Assembly: GCA_965206595.1 (NCBI GenBank)
Contig: OZ242214.1
Coordinates: 6,496,001-6,560,000, forward strand
Length of the DNA: 64,000 nt
Reading direction: 5' to 3'
Source: Candidatus Latescibacterota bacterium
GTDB lineage: Bacteria > Latescibacterota > UBA2968 > UBA8231
Below the pieces are notes generated by a model. That model made no database searches. It was not told the origin of the DNA and was given only the letters and a program-made list of their open reading frames with translations. This document shows positions 1 through 9,245 of this stretch, piece after piece (positions within the stretch are counted from its first letter, which is position 1; each line of letters opens with the position of its first letter). The position numbers and the translations under genes are program-made.

Positions 1-1483
1 CTCTGCTGAGTGCGTATTCCCCGGCGATCTGAAATCCACCGAACTCGGCGTGCATGTCGATGCTGTAGACAGATAGACCAGTCGGCCATCCGTAGTCGAA
101 GCGAACCCACTGCACGTTGGAGAAATTCTGCACATTCCCGGGGGCCCGCTCGATGGTGCGAAGGAGCTCCGCCCGGTAGAGGTTTTCGTAGTTGTCGCTC
201 CGACCCTTCTCCTGGACCTCGGAGATCGAAATCACGTAATCGTTCCCCACCAGAAAGCCCAATTCCACCTCATCCACTTTCTCCTCCAGGCCTTGCAGGT
301 CGAAGTAGTAGATCAGGAAGTCCTCGCCGTCCGCCCTGTGCCCCTTGCCGGGCAGCAGTTCGACGTTGGTAGTCAATTGCACCACATCGGCCTGGCGGCT
401 CACGTCCGTGCCGTTGTTGTGGTCTTTCAGGTATAGATAATCGGCGAATAGCGGGAGCTGCTGTGGCTGCTCGAGCAGCTTGAAAATGTCGGCTTGTCCT
501 TGAACGCTTCGGCTGATAGGGATGGCATAGCCATTACGGGTGAAGCGGCCGGTCAGGTTGTTGGTGCGGCCCACCGCCGTGTTCCTCGTGTGGTGGAGTA
601 CCACATCGGGGCGGATGTCGTCCCGGCGTTCGCCGTTGACCCAGACGGCGATGTCGAAGACCTGCGGCCCCCCTGTGCCATCCTCCGGCGAGTCGTCGGC
701 GATCTGCACCGCCAGCCACAGAGGCGTGCCGCGCGTGGCAGGGAACGATCCCTTCATGGTTCGCTCCCCATCTGCGTTGTGCTCCGAGTGGACATTGACG
801 TAGCTGGCGCCCAGATCGAGGATGCCGATACTGCGCTCGGAATGGGCTCCGAAGAGCTGCACCGGATTCTGGTCGCGAAGCAGGCCGTTGAGGACGAATG
901 CCGCTGCGTGGTCGCGTGGGTAGAGCGGAGTGGTGAGGCGCGATGCCACGATGGAGATCCGCGTTTGGTCGGTCATCCAGTCGCCGCGGAACCCGTTCAG
1001 TCCTGCCCAGTAGAGCGTGAGCGGCGTGAACATCGTGCGGATCTCGCTGCCGAACATCGCCCTGGCCGACCAGCCATCGTAGGCGTCGCCGGCTATCATC
1101 ACATTGTTGAAAACGCGCTCGAAGCGATTCTGGGACTTGAAGAGTTCGCTTTCGAGTCCCTCCGGGGAGTGCGACTCCCGCCACGAGGCGACGTCGTAGC
1201 CGCTGAGCAGGCGATCGCCCAGGGGGCCGTAGAAGGTGCGGCGCGAAGTGGTATAGGGGAACTCGAAGTCCTCGTAGTTGGCGTAGGGCGACATGGCGTG
1301 GCTCGTGAAACCGGGAAGCCGCCGCCCTAAAAACGGGTGGGCGGGATACACCTGCCGCAGCGCTACGTCTGCAGTGCGCGCGTCGTCCTCTCCGTCGCCG
1401 GGGCCGTCCTGGGCGCAGAGCGGGATCGCACACAGCAGCGCGACTGCTGACGCCAAAGCTGTGGTTTGATATCCCGCTGACAT
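1..1483 (-). CDS. Large secreted hypothetical protein, paralog 3 of tandem array (3' end runs off window)
   Basis: Not in ORF track (no stop in window). Translated by hand from ATG 1483: MSAGYQTTALASAVALLCAIPLCAQD (signal peptide), then AGDAYDGW..FGSEIRTMFTPLTLYWAGLNGFRGD, LGASYVNVH, IADDSPEDG, FLIYYFDL, RAPGN, FDYG.PTG. These motifs are shared with the two upstream genes and the frame stays open to the window edge. Confidence 0.85.
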   Translation of the reverse strand, partial: MSAGYQTTALASAVALLCAIPLCAQDGPGDGEDDARTADVALRQVYPAHPFLGRRLPGFTSHAMSPYANYEDFEFPYTTSRRTFYGPLGDRLLSGYDVASWRESHSPEGLESELFKSQNRFERVFNNVMIAGDAYDGWSARAMFGSEIRTMFTPLTLYWAGLNGFRGDWMTDQTRISIVASRLTTPLYPRDHAAAFVLNGLLRDQNPVQLFGAHSERSIGILDLGASYVNVHSEHNADGERTMKGSFPATRGTPLWLAVQIADDSPEDGTGGPQVFDIAVWVNGERRDDIRPDVVLHHTRNTAVGRTNNLTGRFTRNGYAIPISRSVQGQADIFKLLEQPQQLPLFADYLYLKDHNNGTDVSRQADVVQLTTNVELLPGKGHRADGEDFLIYYFDLQGLEEKVDEVELGFLVGNDYVISISEVQEKGRSDNYENLYRAELLRTIERAPGNVQNFSNVQWVRFDYGWPTGLSVYSIDMHAEFGGFQIAGEYALSR

Positions 1484-1501
1484 GGATCGCCTCTGCGGCC
1501 G

Positions 1502-4156
1502 TCAGAGATTCTGGCTGGGATTCAGGCCCGCGACCAGACGCAGGAAGAAGAGCGTGTAGTCCTGGTCGAGAAAAGCCCTGCGCCTGTCGGCCATGCGTTG
1601 GATCTTGAGGTGATAGCCTACGCTCAGCCCCAACTGATAACCGCTGTACGACGACACGTTGGAGAGACTGATCATGTAGTCCCGCGCATCGTAGTCATTG
1701 TCGGCCCGTGCAAAATCCCGGAACCGGCTCTCGAGAAAGGGAAACCCCTGGGCGCCCAAGCGCAGCGCCGTATCCGGCGTCATCTGGTAGTAGATCTTGA
1801 AAATCGGGTAGTAGAACAGCTCGTGGAGAGGCTGGATTTCGCCCGCATCGTCCGAGAGCTTCTGCACCATCAACTTCATCTGCGGCATCACCGACAGCGT
1901 ACCCAGTTTCCAGGTGTAGTCGCTGCGCAGGACCGTCGCCGAGCGCCGGATCCAGTTCACGTCTCTAGGCGCTGTAGCCAACTGGCGGTTCGTTTCCAAC
2001 AGGGTCTTGAGGCGGATGTGGAACGGCCGGAAATGGTAAAGTTCGATATCGGCAAACGCCGAGTTGGCCAGGCTATTCTGCATACGCAATTGATCTTCGG
2101 CGAAGACGGTCCCGAAACCGGTGCTGCTGAAGGTGAAGCGAAAGACGTCGTTGCGGATGTCGTCCCGCACTCGTTTGAGGAAATCCACGGCGCGGATTCT
2201 GACAAGGCCGGCGAAGTCGTGTTGGTACTCCGCCTTGGTGTAGAAGACTTCAGCCTCACCTGCGCCCCACAACTGTCGCGTATCGTAAGCGCCCAGGGTC
2301 AACGTCAGGGGGGACAGGGGGCGCCATTCACCGAACAGGTGCCAGCCCCGTAGATTGCGGTCGTAGGGGTAGTCGGGTTTGAGATCGTTCTCGCGGACGT
2401 CGACGACGCCGTTGTTGTTCAGGTCATCGCCGTACTCGAACTCGTCCGGGTCGACGCGATAGAGCATGAACGGTTCGACGTAGTCGGGCAGAGCATTGTC
2501 GTTCTCGTTGATATCCGGTCGCCCGTCCAGATCCTCGTCCAGCCCGGGGAACACCCCGTCGATGTCTCCCTGGGAGGGGATGAAATAGGTATCGGCGAAC
2601 GGATCCTTGTCATCGTTGTCGTCTACCGTGTCCATGTCGATGGTATTATTGGAATGCAGCGGGAAACCGGCTTTGAACTCGGTGGAGTACGGCTGGACGG
2701 GCAGGTCGGTGTAGGCGGCGTAGCCCTCATAGCGCACGCTGATTCCGGTACTGTAGTCCGGGTCGACGTTGAAGTACTCGCCCCCGATCGCTACTCGGCC
2801 TCCAAACTCCCTCCGGAGGTTGACGAAGTACGCCAGTGCCTCGCGCCGATGCCGGGCACCCTCCAGGTCGGGGTACTGGAGGTGGTTCAGATTGACATCG
2901 AATTCGCCTCTGAACCGGAATCCCTTGAACGAGGATTCCGCGTTGGCACCGAAGACCGTGTTGCCGGTCTGCCGGCCGTAGTCGAAGCTCACCCGCTGGA
3001 GGTTCGATCCATCGAGGGCTGATTCGTCATTGCCGGCTACGCCGGCGAAGTAGGTAGCGCGGTTCCGCTGCCTCGGATCACGCTTGTCCGCAAGGGGGTT
3101 CGCGACGAGGACCTCCGAGACAGAGATTTCGTAATTGTTGGCAACCAGGGCGTCGAAACTGGCCCCGAGAACATCTTCATCTTCCGGCAATTCGAACCAG
3201 TAGAGCACAAATTCGCTGTCGTCCACCTGGATGTAGCCTTGAGGGCTGGGACTTTCCGCAGGGAAATCGCCCCTGATGAACTCGATATAGGGAGGAATCG
3301 TCCTCTCGAGTGGAAAGAACTCGTCGAAGTTCTCGAAACGGGGGTTGACAACGTGGGCATCGTGACGGGTTACCACGGGTTCAACATCCCTCGGTTCCCC
3401 GTTGAGTGTCAGGTCGATATCGTAGACGCGCGCGTTGCTGTGCCTGCGCATGTCGGCATTGGCGACCTTGACGACCAGCAGCTGAACCGTGGCCATCTCG
3501 GAAGGCGTGGTTCCCTTGATGCTGCTTCCCTCCGTGCCCAGCAGGGTGTTCACCCTGAGCTGATTGGTGAACGTGGCGCCCATTTTTAAGGGCCCCCGGT
3601 CCGTCTCCCAATGACCCCCCAGCAGGTAGGTAGCGAAGTTCAGCTCCTGGTTCTGGTCCACGTCTGGCAGGGTCCAGAGAGGGAAGTCACGGCGGGAGGT
3701 CACCAGCGACAGGCGATGGCCGCTGCCCTCCACATCCCAGCGGATGCCGTTGAGAGCGGCCAGATCCAGAGTGAGAGGGGTGAAGTGCGTACGGATGCGG
3801 TCGCCGATGAGCAAGCGCGTGATCCAACCATTGTAGCTGTCCTGGGCAATGGCCAGACCATTCAGATATCTGTAGTAGAAGAAGTGTTTGTTCAATCGGC
3901 TGCCAGGGGGAACCAGTTCGGCCCCGACCCGGTTTTCTCGCAGAGAGTAAATCTCGACTCCATTCATCAGTTGGTCGCCCAACTGGTCGAAGAGGGGCCT
4001 AGTCGATCGGCCCAGTACACCGCGGCCGTAATGGCGGTATCCCTGCTCGCCGTAGTTATCGTACCTGGGCGTTTCGTTGTAGAGGAGCTGAGCCGTCGCG
4101 CCACTGGCGGGAAGGGCGAGGAGCCACAGTATCCGGAGGGATCGGCGGCGTATCAT
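1502..4156 (-). CDS. Large secreted protein, putative outer-membrane beta-barrel with Asp/Asn-rich Ca-binding-like block (paralog 2, 884 aa)
   Basis: Likely start ATG 4156 overlaps the upstream stop (ATGA). Signal peptide MIRRRSLRILWLLALPASGATAQ; FTPLTLDLAALNGIRWD; DDNDDKDPFAD..GVFPGLDEDLDGRPDINENDNALPDY..GDDLNNNGVVDVREND; C-terminal amphipathic strands. Confidence 0.85.
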   Translation of the reverse strand: MIRRRSLRILWLLALPASGATAQLLYNETPRYDNYGEQGYRHYGRGVLGRSTRPLFDQLGDQLMNGVEIYSLRENRVGAELVPPGSRLNKHFFYYRYLNGLAIAQDSYNGWITRLLIGDRIRTHFTPLTLDLAALNGIRWDVEGSGHRLSLVTSRRDFPLWTLPDVDQNQELNFATYLLGGHWETDRGPLKMGATFTNQLRVNTLLGTEGSSIKGTTPSEMATVQLLVVKVANADMRRHSNARVYDIDLTLNGEPRDVEPVVTRHDAHVVNPRFENFDEFFPLERTIPPYIEFIRGDFPAESPSPQGYIQVDDSEFVLYWFELPEDEDVLGASFDALVANNYEISVSEVLVANPLADKRDPRQRNRATYFAGVAGNDESALDGSNLQRVSFDYGRQTGNTVFGANAESSFKGFRFRGEFDVNLNHLQYPDLEGARHRREALAYFVNLRREFGGRVAIGGEYFNVDPDYSTGISVRYEGYAAYTDLPVQPYSTEFKAGFPLHSNNTIDMDTVDDNDDKDPFADTYFIPSQGDIDGVFPGLDEDLDGRPDINENDNALPDYVEPFMLYRVDPDEFEYGDDLNNNGVVDVRENDLKPDYPYDRNLRGWHLFGEWRPLSPLTLTLGAYDTRQLWGAGEAEVFYTKAEYQHDFAGLVRIRAVDFLKRVRDDIRNDVFRFTFSSTGFGTVFAEDQLRMQNSLANSAFADIELYHFRPFHIRLKTLLETNRQLATAPRDVNWIRRSATVLRSDYTWKLGTLSVMPQMKLMVQKLSDDAGEIQPLHELFYYPIFKIYYQMTPDTALRLGAQGFPFLESRFRDFARADNDYDARDYMISLSNVSSYSGYQLGLSVGYHLKIQRMADRRRAFLDQDYTLFFLRLVAGLNPSQNL

Positions 4157-6831
4157 TCGACCCGCATGTGGATGAAAACTTCGCTGGAATGTCGCGAGCC
4201 GACCGAGCTGTTGTGCGCAAAGTCGAAGCGACTGGCTTTGTAGCCCATCAGGAAACTGGTGTCGTAGCCGATGTAGTTGTCCCGCGTCTGCACGGTAAAG
4301 ATGAAGTGTTCGGCGTCGAAGTCGTCGGCAGGTGCAGGCTCGCTGCGAAAGCGATGTTTGAACAGGAGGGGAAATCCCTGGACCCCGGCGCGCACCACCG
4401 TGCGCGGGGACGCCTGATAGTCGAGGCGCAGGATCGGGAAGAAGGTGTAGTCCTGAATCAACGCTTCTGCCCCATCCGAGGCGGTCTCTCGCGCCGTCGT
4501 GAACTTGACCATCGGCATGAGCGAGAAGGAACGCCATTTGCGCAGGTAATCGGCCTTGGCGACAGCCCTCCACCCACGCAGGGTGCGTTCTTCCCGGATC
4601 GTCTGAGCTTGCTCGACCTCCTCGAGCTGGTTGTTTTGCTCGTAGCGCAGAATGGTTTCCAAGCGCAGAGTGGAAACCGGGCGCAATCGACATCGAGCGA
4701 ACAGGGTATTGACCAGGCTGTTGCGCATCTCCAGCGGATCGGGGCGCACCTGGATCGAGAAATTCTCCAGCACTCGTGGATCGATCCTGAATTCGTAGGT
4801 ACTGGAAGCGATGTCGTCGCGGACCCTCCTGCCCAGGTAGTTCAGCTCCAGGTGGCCGGCGGAAGACAGCTTGCGGTGGAGGTGCAAGCGCAGATAAGAA
4901 GTCCGGTTTTCGCCACCTCCAGCAGTCTGTTCGATATCGTACCAGCCAGCCGTTACGTCCAACGCAGGTGAAGGACGGTAGCCGGCGAAGACGTGGGGTC
5001 CCCCCGAGTCGAGCTCGTAGGGGTAGTCGGGCCGGTTGTCGTTTTCGCGGACGTCGATGATACCATTGTTGTTGTAGTCGTCTCCGAATACGAAGTCTTC
5101 CGGCTCGACGTGGTACATGAGGAAGGGTTCCAGATAGTCGGGCAATCCATTGTCGTTGACATTGGTGTCCGGCGTGCCGTCCCCGTCCTCGTCCAGTCCC
5201 GGAAAGACCCCGAAACCGATCGCCTCGTTGGGAGACGGCACCAGGTTGCGATCCGCTTCCGGCGTGGGGCGGCCTACCGATTGCAGGGTGTATCGGGGGT
5301 CGAGGGGTTCCCAGTGCTCCCAGCTGTCCGCCCATTGGTCGCGGTCGTCGTTGTCCTCCACCATGTGGAAGACATCGAACTGGTTGATATCTTGCCGCCA
5401 GTAAGTGAAATCCGTCGAAAAGGTGGCCGGCACCTCGAACAGTTCCAGCCCCAGCCGCCATGCTCCCACCGGTCGCTCCAGCGTCAGGTAGTAGGCGTCG
5501 CGCTGGCCCTCGAACCGGCGCCCTTCGAAAACCGGGTACTGGGAGAAGTCGAAGTTGCGCACGTACTCCCCCCTGAGAGCAAAATCATACAGTGCCAGAT
5601 CGACATCGGCTCCGTACGTAGCGATCCCCGTGGAGGCGGAGTAGGAGAATCTCTTCCTCTGCGGGGTGGCATCCCCAGCCCCGGGGTTGCCGGGCGCCCG
5701 CAGCACGTTGTGCCAATCGTTCCAGGTGATGCCGACAACCCCCCGCCGGGGCAGCTCGGCTGCGACGTCGATGCTGTAGTCATGGGAGACGAGCGCCTCG
5801 AACTCGACCGCAGAGGCGCCATGGGGAACATCGAAGCGGTAGATGAGAACATCCGTGCCACTTGCCTCCAGGAAATCCTCTGCGCTCGGCGCAACGACCG
5901 GAGCGTCGTCGATGAGATTGCGGAAAGAGGTCCAGGGAAGCACAGCGCTCAACCAGGACTGGCGCCGACGCAGGTGGGAAACATCCTCCACGGTCAGCTC
6001 GCGCTGGCGCTCGATGTCCTGCACCTGGCGGATTTCGGGTGTCAGATCAGCACGAGCTGTTCCATCTACCAGCATCACCATGTCGTAGACTCTGGCGCCG
6101 GACCCATCGTCGGGTGAGTCGTCGCAGACGATGACGAACAGGGTCTCCGGGGGCTGCAGCTCGTTGGGGAGGTTGCCCTTCTGCGAACTCCTCTTGCTCC
6201 CGACCAGGCTGTCGGTGTAGTGGAGATTGACGTAGGAGGCTCCGAAGGTGAGCACATCGCCGAGGGTGCCTTCCCAGCGGCCACCGTAGATATAGTTGGC
6301 GAACTCCCGGCTGCGCAGGCCGCCGGAGAGGATGGGGTCCGACACGCGCGAGGCCACGATCGCGAAGCGGTTACGGCGCGTCGCAGCATCCCAGCGCATG
6401 CCGTTGAGACGGGCGACGTTGAGGGTGAGAGGGGTGAAGGTGGACTCCACCGCCCTGCCGATCGTCAGCTTGCTGGACCAACTCCGGTAACTGTCGCTCG
6501 ATATCACCAGATTCTGGAACAGGTTGGTCAGCGCGAAGTCCTTGAAGAGGAGGCTGCCATCGAAGGGGTCGATACTGCGAAACTCCTCGAGGCGGAACAC
6601 CTCGACCCCGTCGAGCATGTACATGCCGAAAGAATCGAAGGTCCGCTGCTCTTGATCGATGTCGTAGCCCCGGTAGCTGATGCTGGCGAGGTTCTCGTGC
6701 TCCTCCTGCTGCCAGCGTGGATAGGACTGGCGGTTGAGGAACTGGGCCTGGGTGTCTCGGCTGTCCAGCAGGAGACTGAATAGCACTACCCCGCCGCCTA
6801 CCGCGAGGCTTCTCACCCTGTACCTCTCCAT
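4153..6831 (-). CDS. Large secreted protein, putative outer-membrane beta-barrel with Asp/Asn-rich Ca-binding-like block (paralog 1, 892 aa)
   Basis: N-terminal hydrophobic leader; FTPLTLNVARLNGMRWD; EDNDDRDQWAD..GVFPGLDEDGDGTPDTNVNDNGLPDY..GDDYNNNGIIDVRENDNRPDYPY; colinear with paralog 2. Confidence 0.85.
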   Translation of the reverse strand: MERYRVRSLAVGGGVVLFSLLLDSRDTQAQFLNRQSYPRWQQEEHENLASISYRGYDIDQEQRTFDSFGMYMLDGVEVFRLEEFRSIDPFDGSLLFKDFALTNLFQNLVISSDSYRSWSSKLTIGRAVESTFTPLTLNVARLNGMRWDAATRRNRFAIVASRVSDPILSGGLRSREFANYIYGGRWEGTLGDVLTFGASYVNLHYTDSLVGSKRSSQKGNLPNELQPPETLFVIVCDDSPDDGSGARVYDMVMLVDGTARADLTPEIRQVQDIERQRELTVEDVSHLRRRQSWLSAVLPWTSFRNLIDDAPVVAPSAEDFLEASGTDVLIYRFDVPHGASAVEFEALVSHDYSIDVAAELPRRGVVGITWNDWHNVLRAPGNPGAGDATPQRKRFSYSASTGIATYGADVDLALYDFALRGEYVRNFDFSQYPVFEGRRFEGQRDAYYLTLERPVGAWRLGLELFEVPATFSTDFTYWRQDINQFDVFHMVEDNDDRDQWADSWEHWEPLDPRYTLQSVGRPTPEADRNLVPSPNEAIGFGVFPGLDEDGDGTPDTNVNDNGLPDYLEPFLMYHVEPEDFVFGDDYNNNGIIDVRENDNRPDYPYELDSGGPHVFAGYRPSPALDVTAGWYDIEQTAGGGENRTSYLRLHLHRKLSSAGHLELNYLGRRVRDDIASSTYEFRIDPRVLENFSIQVRPDPLEMRNSLVNTLFARCRLRPVSTLRLETILRYEQNNQLEEVEQAQTIREERTLRGWRAVAKADYLRKWRSFSLMPMVKFTTARETASDGAEALIQDYTFFPILRLDYQASPRTVVRAGVQGFPLLFKHRFRSEPAPADDFDAEHFIFTVQTRDNYIGYDTSFLMGYKASRFDFAHNSSVGSRHSSEVFIHMRVE

Positions 6832-6849
6832 GCGGGAATTCCGTCCCGT

Positions 6850-8952
6850 CTAGTAGACGACCGCTACCGTGCCGATGCCGACCTCGGAATGGTCGCCGAG
6901 GTCGATCCCGACTCGATACAGGTAGTTGCCCGGGGGGACGAGATTGCCGTTCCGATCCACGCCGTCCCAGAATCCAGGCGTCTGCCCGGCCAGCGTCGCG
7001 TCCCGGGGATGGAGATAGGTGCCGGCGCTCAGGCGGACCGTTGGAAGGGTGCGCACCAGTCGACCGCTGAGATCGAAGAGGCGAATCTCGACGTCCTGAG
7101 GCTCGGCGAGTTTACTGATGACCAGTTCGATGACCGTGAAGTCATTGCGGCCATCGGCATTGGGAGTGATGACACGAGGCGTGGCCTCGGCGCGCACGAG
7201 CAACTCGTCCAGCACTGCGGAGACAGAAACCGCCCACGATTTGAGCACCTCCCCCGTGGTTTCATCTACCAGGCGGTCTTCAGCAGCTTCCAGCGGATTG
7301 TCGGTGCCGGGAGCGAAGAGATGGGCCCGATAGTCGAACCGGGGCAAAAACTGGGCTGTAGTGAAGGGAATCCGTAGCGAGGTAACCCCGTCATCTGCCG
7401 CGATGGGAGGAGTGAAAGTCACGACGAACTGCTGGCGCAGGACATCGAAACCGCCGTCCACCGGCAAGGCTTCCCCATCCGGCCCTGTAACGCTGCCGGC
7501 CGCCTCGGCCCGGGAAGGGACGTCGATGGCCAGCTTCTCTACGCCGGCTTCGTCGCCCGAGAAATCCAGATTCAGCTCGTAGACGAACGTTGTATCGCGG
7601 CCCATGGGAACTGAGCGGGGACTGATCGAGGCCGATGCCTCGTCGACGGCGAGCGGCCCTTCGTCGAAGCGCAGCTGCAGGGAGCGCAGTGCCGGGGTAC
7701 GGCTGTTGTCGCTGGTGGCGAGGTTCGCCCGGTACTGCAGCGAGGTCCGGGGTTCGGGAACCTCGGCAAAGACGCCGCTCTCCGAATAGGGGCGGCTCCA
7801 GTCGCTCCACTCCATGTCCGCTCCGGCGCTGCGAAACTGCAGGCTCAACTGTGTCCGTTCCGGCACCTCCGCCTCCCAGGTGACCAGGCCGAAGTTCTTC
7901 GGGGCAGCCGGCGCGTCGAACGCGAGAGGAGGCGACAGATAGCTGGCGCTCTCGGCGAAACCGGTGCCGAAGACTTCCAACTCCGCGACGCTCGGTGACA
8001 GGCCGCGGGCTACCTCGGTCACGACGATTCTCAGGTGCCGCGCCGCCACGGCCGGGAAGCCGATCCCGGTCTCGCGAAACTCGGTGATCCCGAACAGGGC
8101 GCCCACTTCGGTCCAACGGGAGCGGTCGTCGCTGATCTGGACCGAGTATCCTCTCAGCGAGTTGCCTTCGAGTTCCTCGGCGTCGTCGCCTTCGGTGACC
8201 ACGCGCACTCGATTGATGCTTCGGCGACGGCCCAGATCGACGCGGGCGAAGTCGTTGAGAGCCCCAGTCGTCAGGTTCCACGCCGTCTGGAGATCGCCAT
8301 CGGTGATCTCGGCCGGGGCGGCGAACATGCCTGCGGCCAGATTCTGGCCGTCGATGAGGCGCAACTGCAAGGCCCCTTCCCCCTGCCGGCTCGTCTCGAC
8401 GCCACCGGGAAAGCCAGCGATCGGCTCCACGTCCAGGCTGTGAAAGCCGGAGATCCGCGAACGGTCGAACGTCGCGTTCTGGACTCGCTGCCAGGGCGGT
8501 TCGTTGCCGATGTCGCCGTCGGTCAGCCAGGCGTCGTCTACCGGCTCCAGGCCGCTCCAGTACCAGGGCCCTGTCACGGTGCTGACGAACTGCTCATTCC
8601 CGGCGACGATTTCGACCATCAGGCCGGCACCCGAACCCGTGCCGTCGTTGTCGACCACCAGCGCCAGGTGGTTGTCGCCCTCCTCGAAGGTGACGGAATG
8701 CTCCTTCAGGGCGGTCCAGTCCGCACCGGCGCCGGCCCTCTGGCCGTTGAGGAAAAGCACGTACCGGTCCACGGCCGTGAGGCGGATTTCTCCCTGTCCC
8801 GAATCGGTGTTGAAATCGTAGCGGTACCAGGTCGTTGTCGGCCAGCGGTCGATCGACAGCATTTCGCCGTCTGCCGCCGTACTGCCGGCGACGATGAATG
8901 CCGCCCAGAGGGAGGCGATCAGAGCCGTGCGGAGTCCGCATTCCGCTACCAC
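6850..8952 (-). CDS. Secreted protein with galactose-binding-like/F5-8C (discoidin, CBM32-like) domain and C-terminal FlgD-Ig / type-B-CTD-like domain
   Basis: ORF 6850-9021; GTG 8952 follows a GAGGAG RBS and gives a signal peptide. Discoidin motifs TDGDLQTAW, VDLGRRRSINRV, YSVQISDD..W, ARHLRI, VAELEVFG. C-terminus PRVITPNADGRND..FDLSGRLVR..WDGVDRNGNLVPPGNYLYRV. Confidence 0.8.
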   Translation of the reverse strand: MVAECGLRTALIASLWAAFIVAGSTAADGEMLSIDRWPTTTWYRYDFNTDSGQGEIRLTAVDRYVLFLNGQRAGAGADWTALKEHSVTFEEGDNHLALVVDNDGTGSGAGLMVEIVAGNEQFVSTVTGPWYWSGLEPVDDAWLTDGDIGNEPPWQRVQNATFDRSRISGFHSLDVEPIAGFPGGVETSRQGEGALQLRLIDGQNLAAGMFAAPAEITDGDLQTAWNLTTGALNDFARVDLGRRRSINRVRVVTEGDDAEELEGNSLRGYSVQISDDRSRWTEVGALFGITEFRETGIGFPAVAARHLRIVVTEVARGLSPSVAELEVFGTGFAESASYLSPPLAFDAPAAPKNFGLVTWEAEVPERTQLSLQFRSAGADMEWSDWSRPYSESGVFAEVPEPRTSLQYRANLATSDNSRTPALRSLQLRFDEGPLAVDEASASISPRSVPMGRDTTFVYELNLDFSGDEAGVEKLAIDVPSRAEAAGSVTGPDGEALPVDGGFDVLRQQFVVTFTPPIAADDGVTSLRIPFTTAQFLPRFDYRAHLFAPGTDNPLEAAEDRLVDETTGEVLKSWAVSVSAVLDELLVRAEATPRVITPNADGRNDFTVIELVISKLAEPQDVEIRLFDLSGRLVRTLPTVRLSAGTYLHPRDATLAGQTPGFWDGVDRNGNLVPPGNYLYRVGIDLGDHSEVGIGTVAVVY

Positions 8953-9065
8953 GACAACCTCCTCGCGGCGGTCCCCGGAACAGAGGGGTGCCCGGGAAAT
9001 CCGCTTGTCAGAGACATTCATCGAGCTTCTTTCGACCTCGCTGGCCAGAGCGGTGAGGTCGGGAT

Positions 9066-9094
9066 ACGATGGAGGCGACCATGTTGGGTGTCAA
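9066..9094 (-). promoter_or_regulatory. Possible sigma70 promoter for leftward operon
   Basis: Perfect TTGACA on minus strand (9094-9089), 17 nt, weak -10 CATCGT. Confidence 0.35.
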
Positions 9095-9103
9095 GCTTAT
9101 CTG

Positions 9104-9132
9104 TTGAATTTCCCCATGCGTTTCATTATAAT
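9104..9132 (+). promoter_or_regulatory. Sigma70-type promoter for rightward genes
   Basis: TTGAAT (9104-9109), 17 nt, TATAAT (9127-9132) in an AT-richer divergent intergenic region; AAAGGAG RBS before ATG 9246. Confidence 0.6.
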
Positions 9133-9245
9133 GCGCTGGTTGTGGCGCCCAGTTTCAGCTATTCGGGAAGTTTGCCTGTGGATCGCCATAAAAAAACCTG
9201 TAACTGACTGATTTCTTTCACTTTCCCACCACAAAGGAGATAGCA

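Noticed and set aside
4157-5461. N-terminal extension making a 1319-aa ORF (1502-5461)
   Set aside because: Out-of-frame overlap with the 4153-6831 gene; signal peptide and paralog homology start at ATG 4156.
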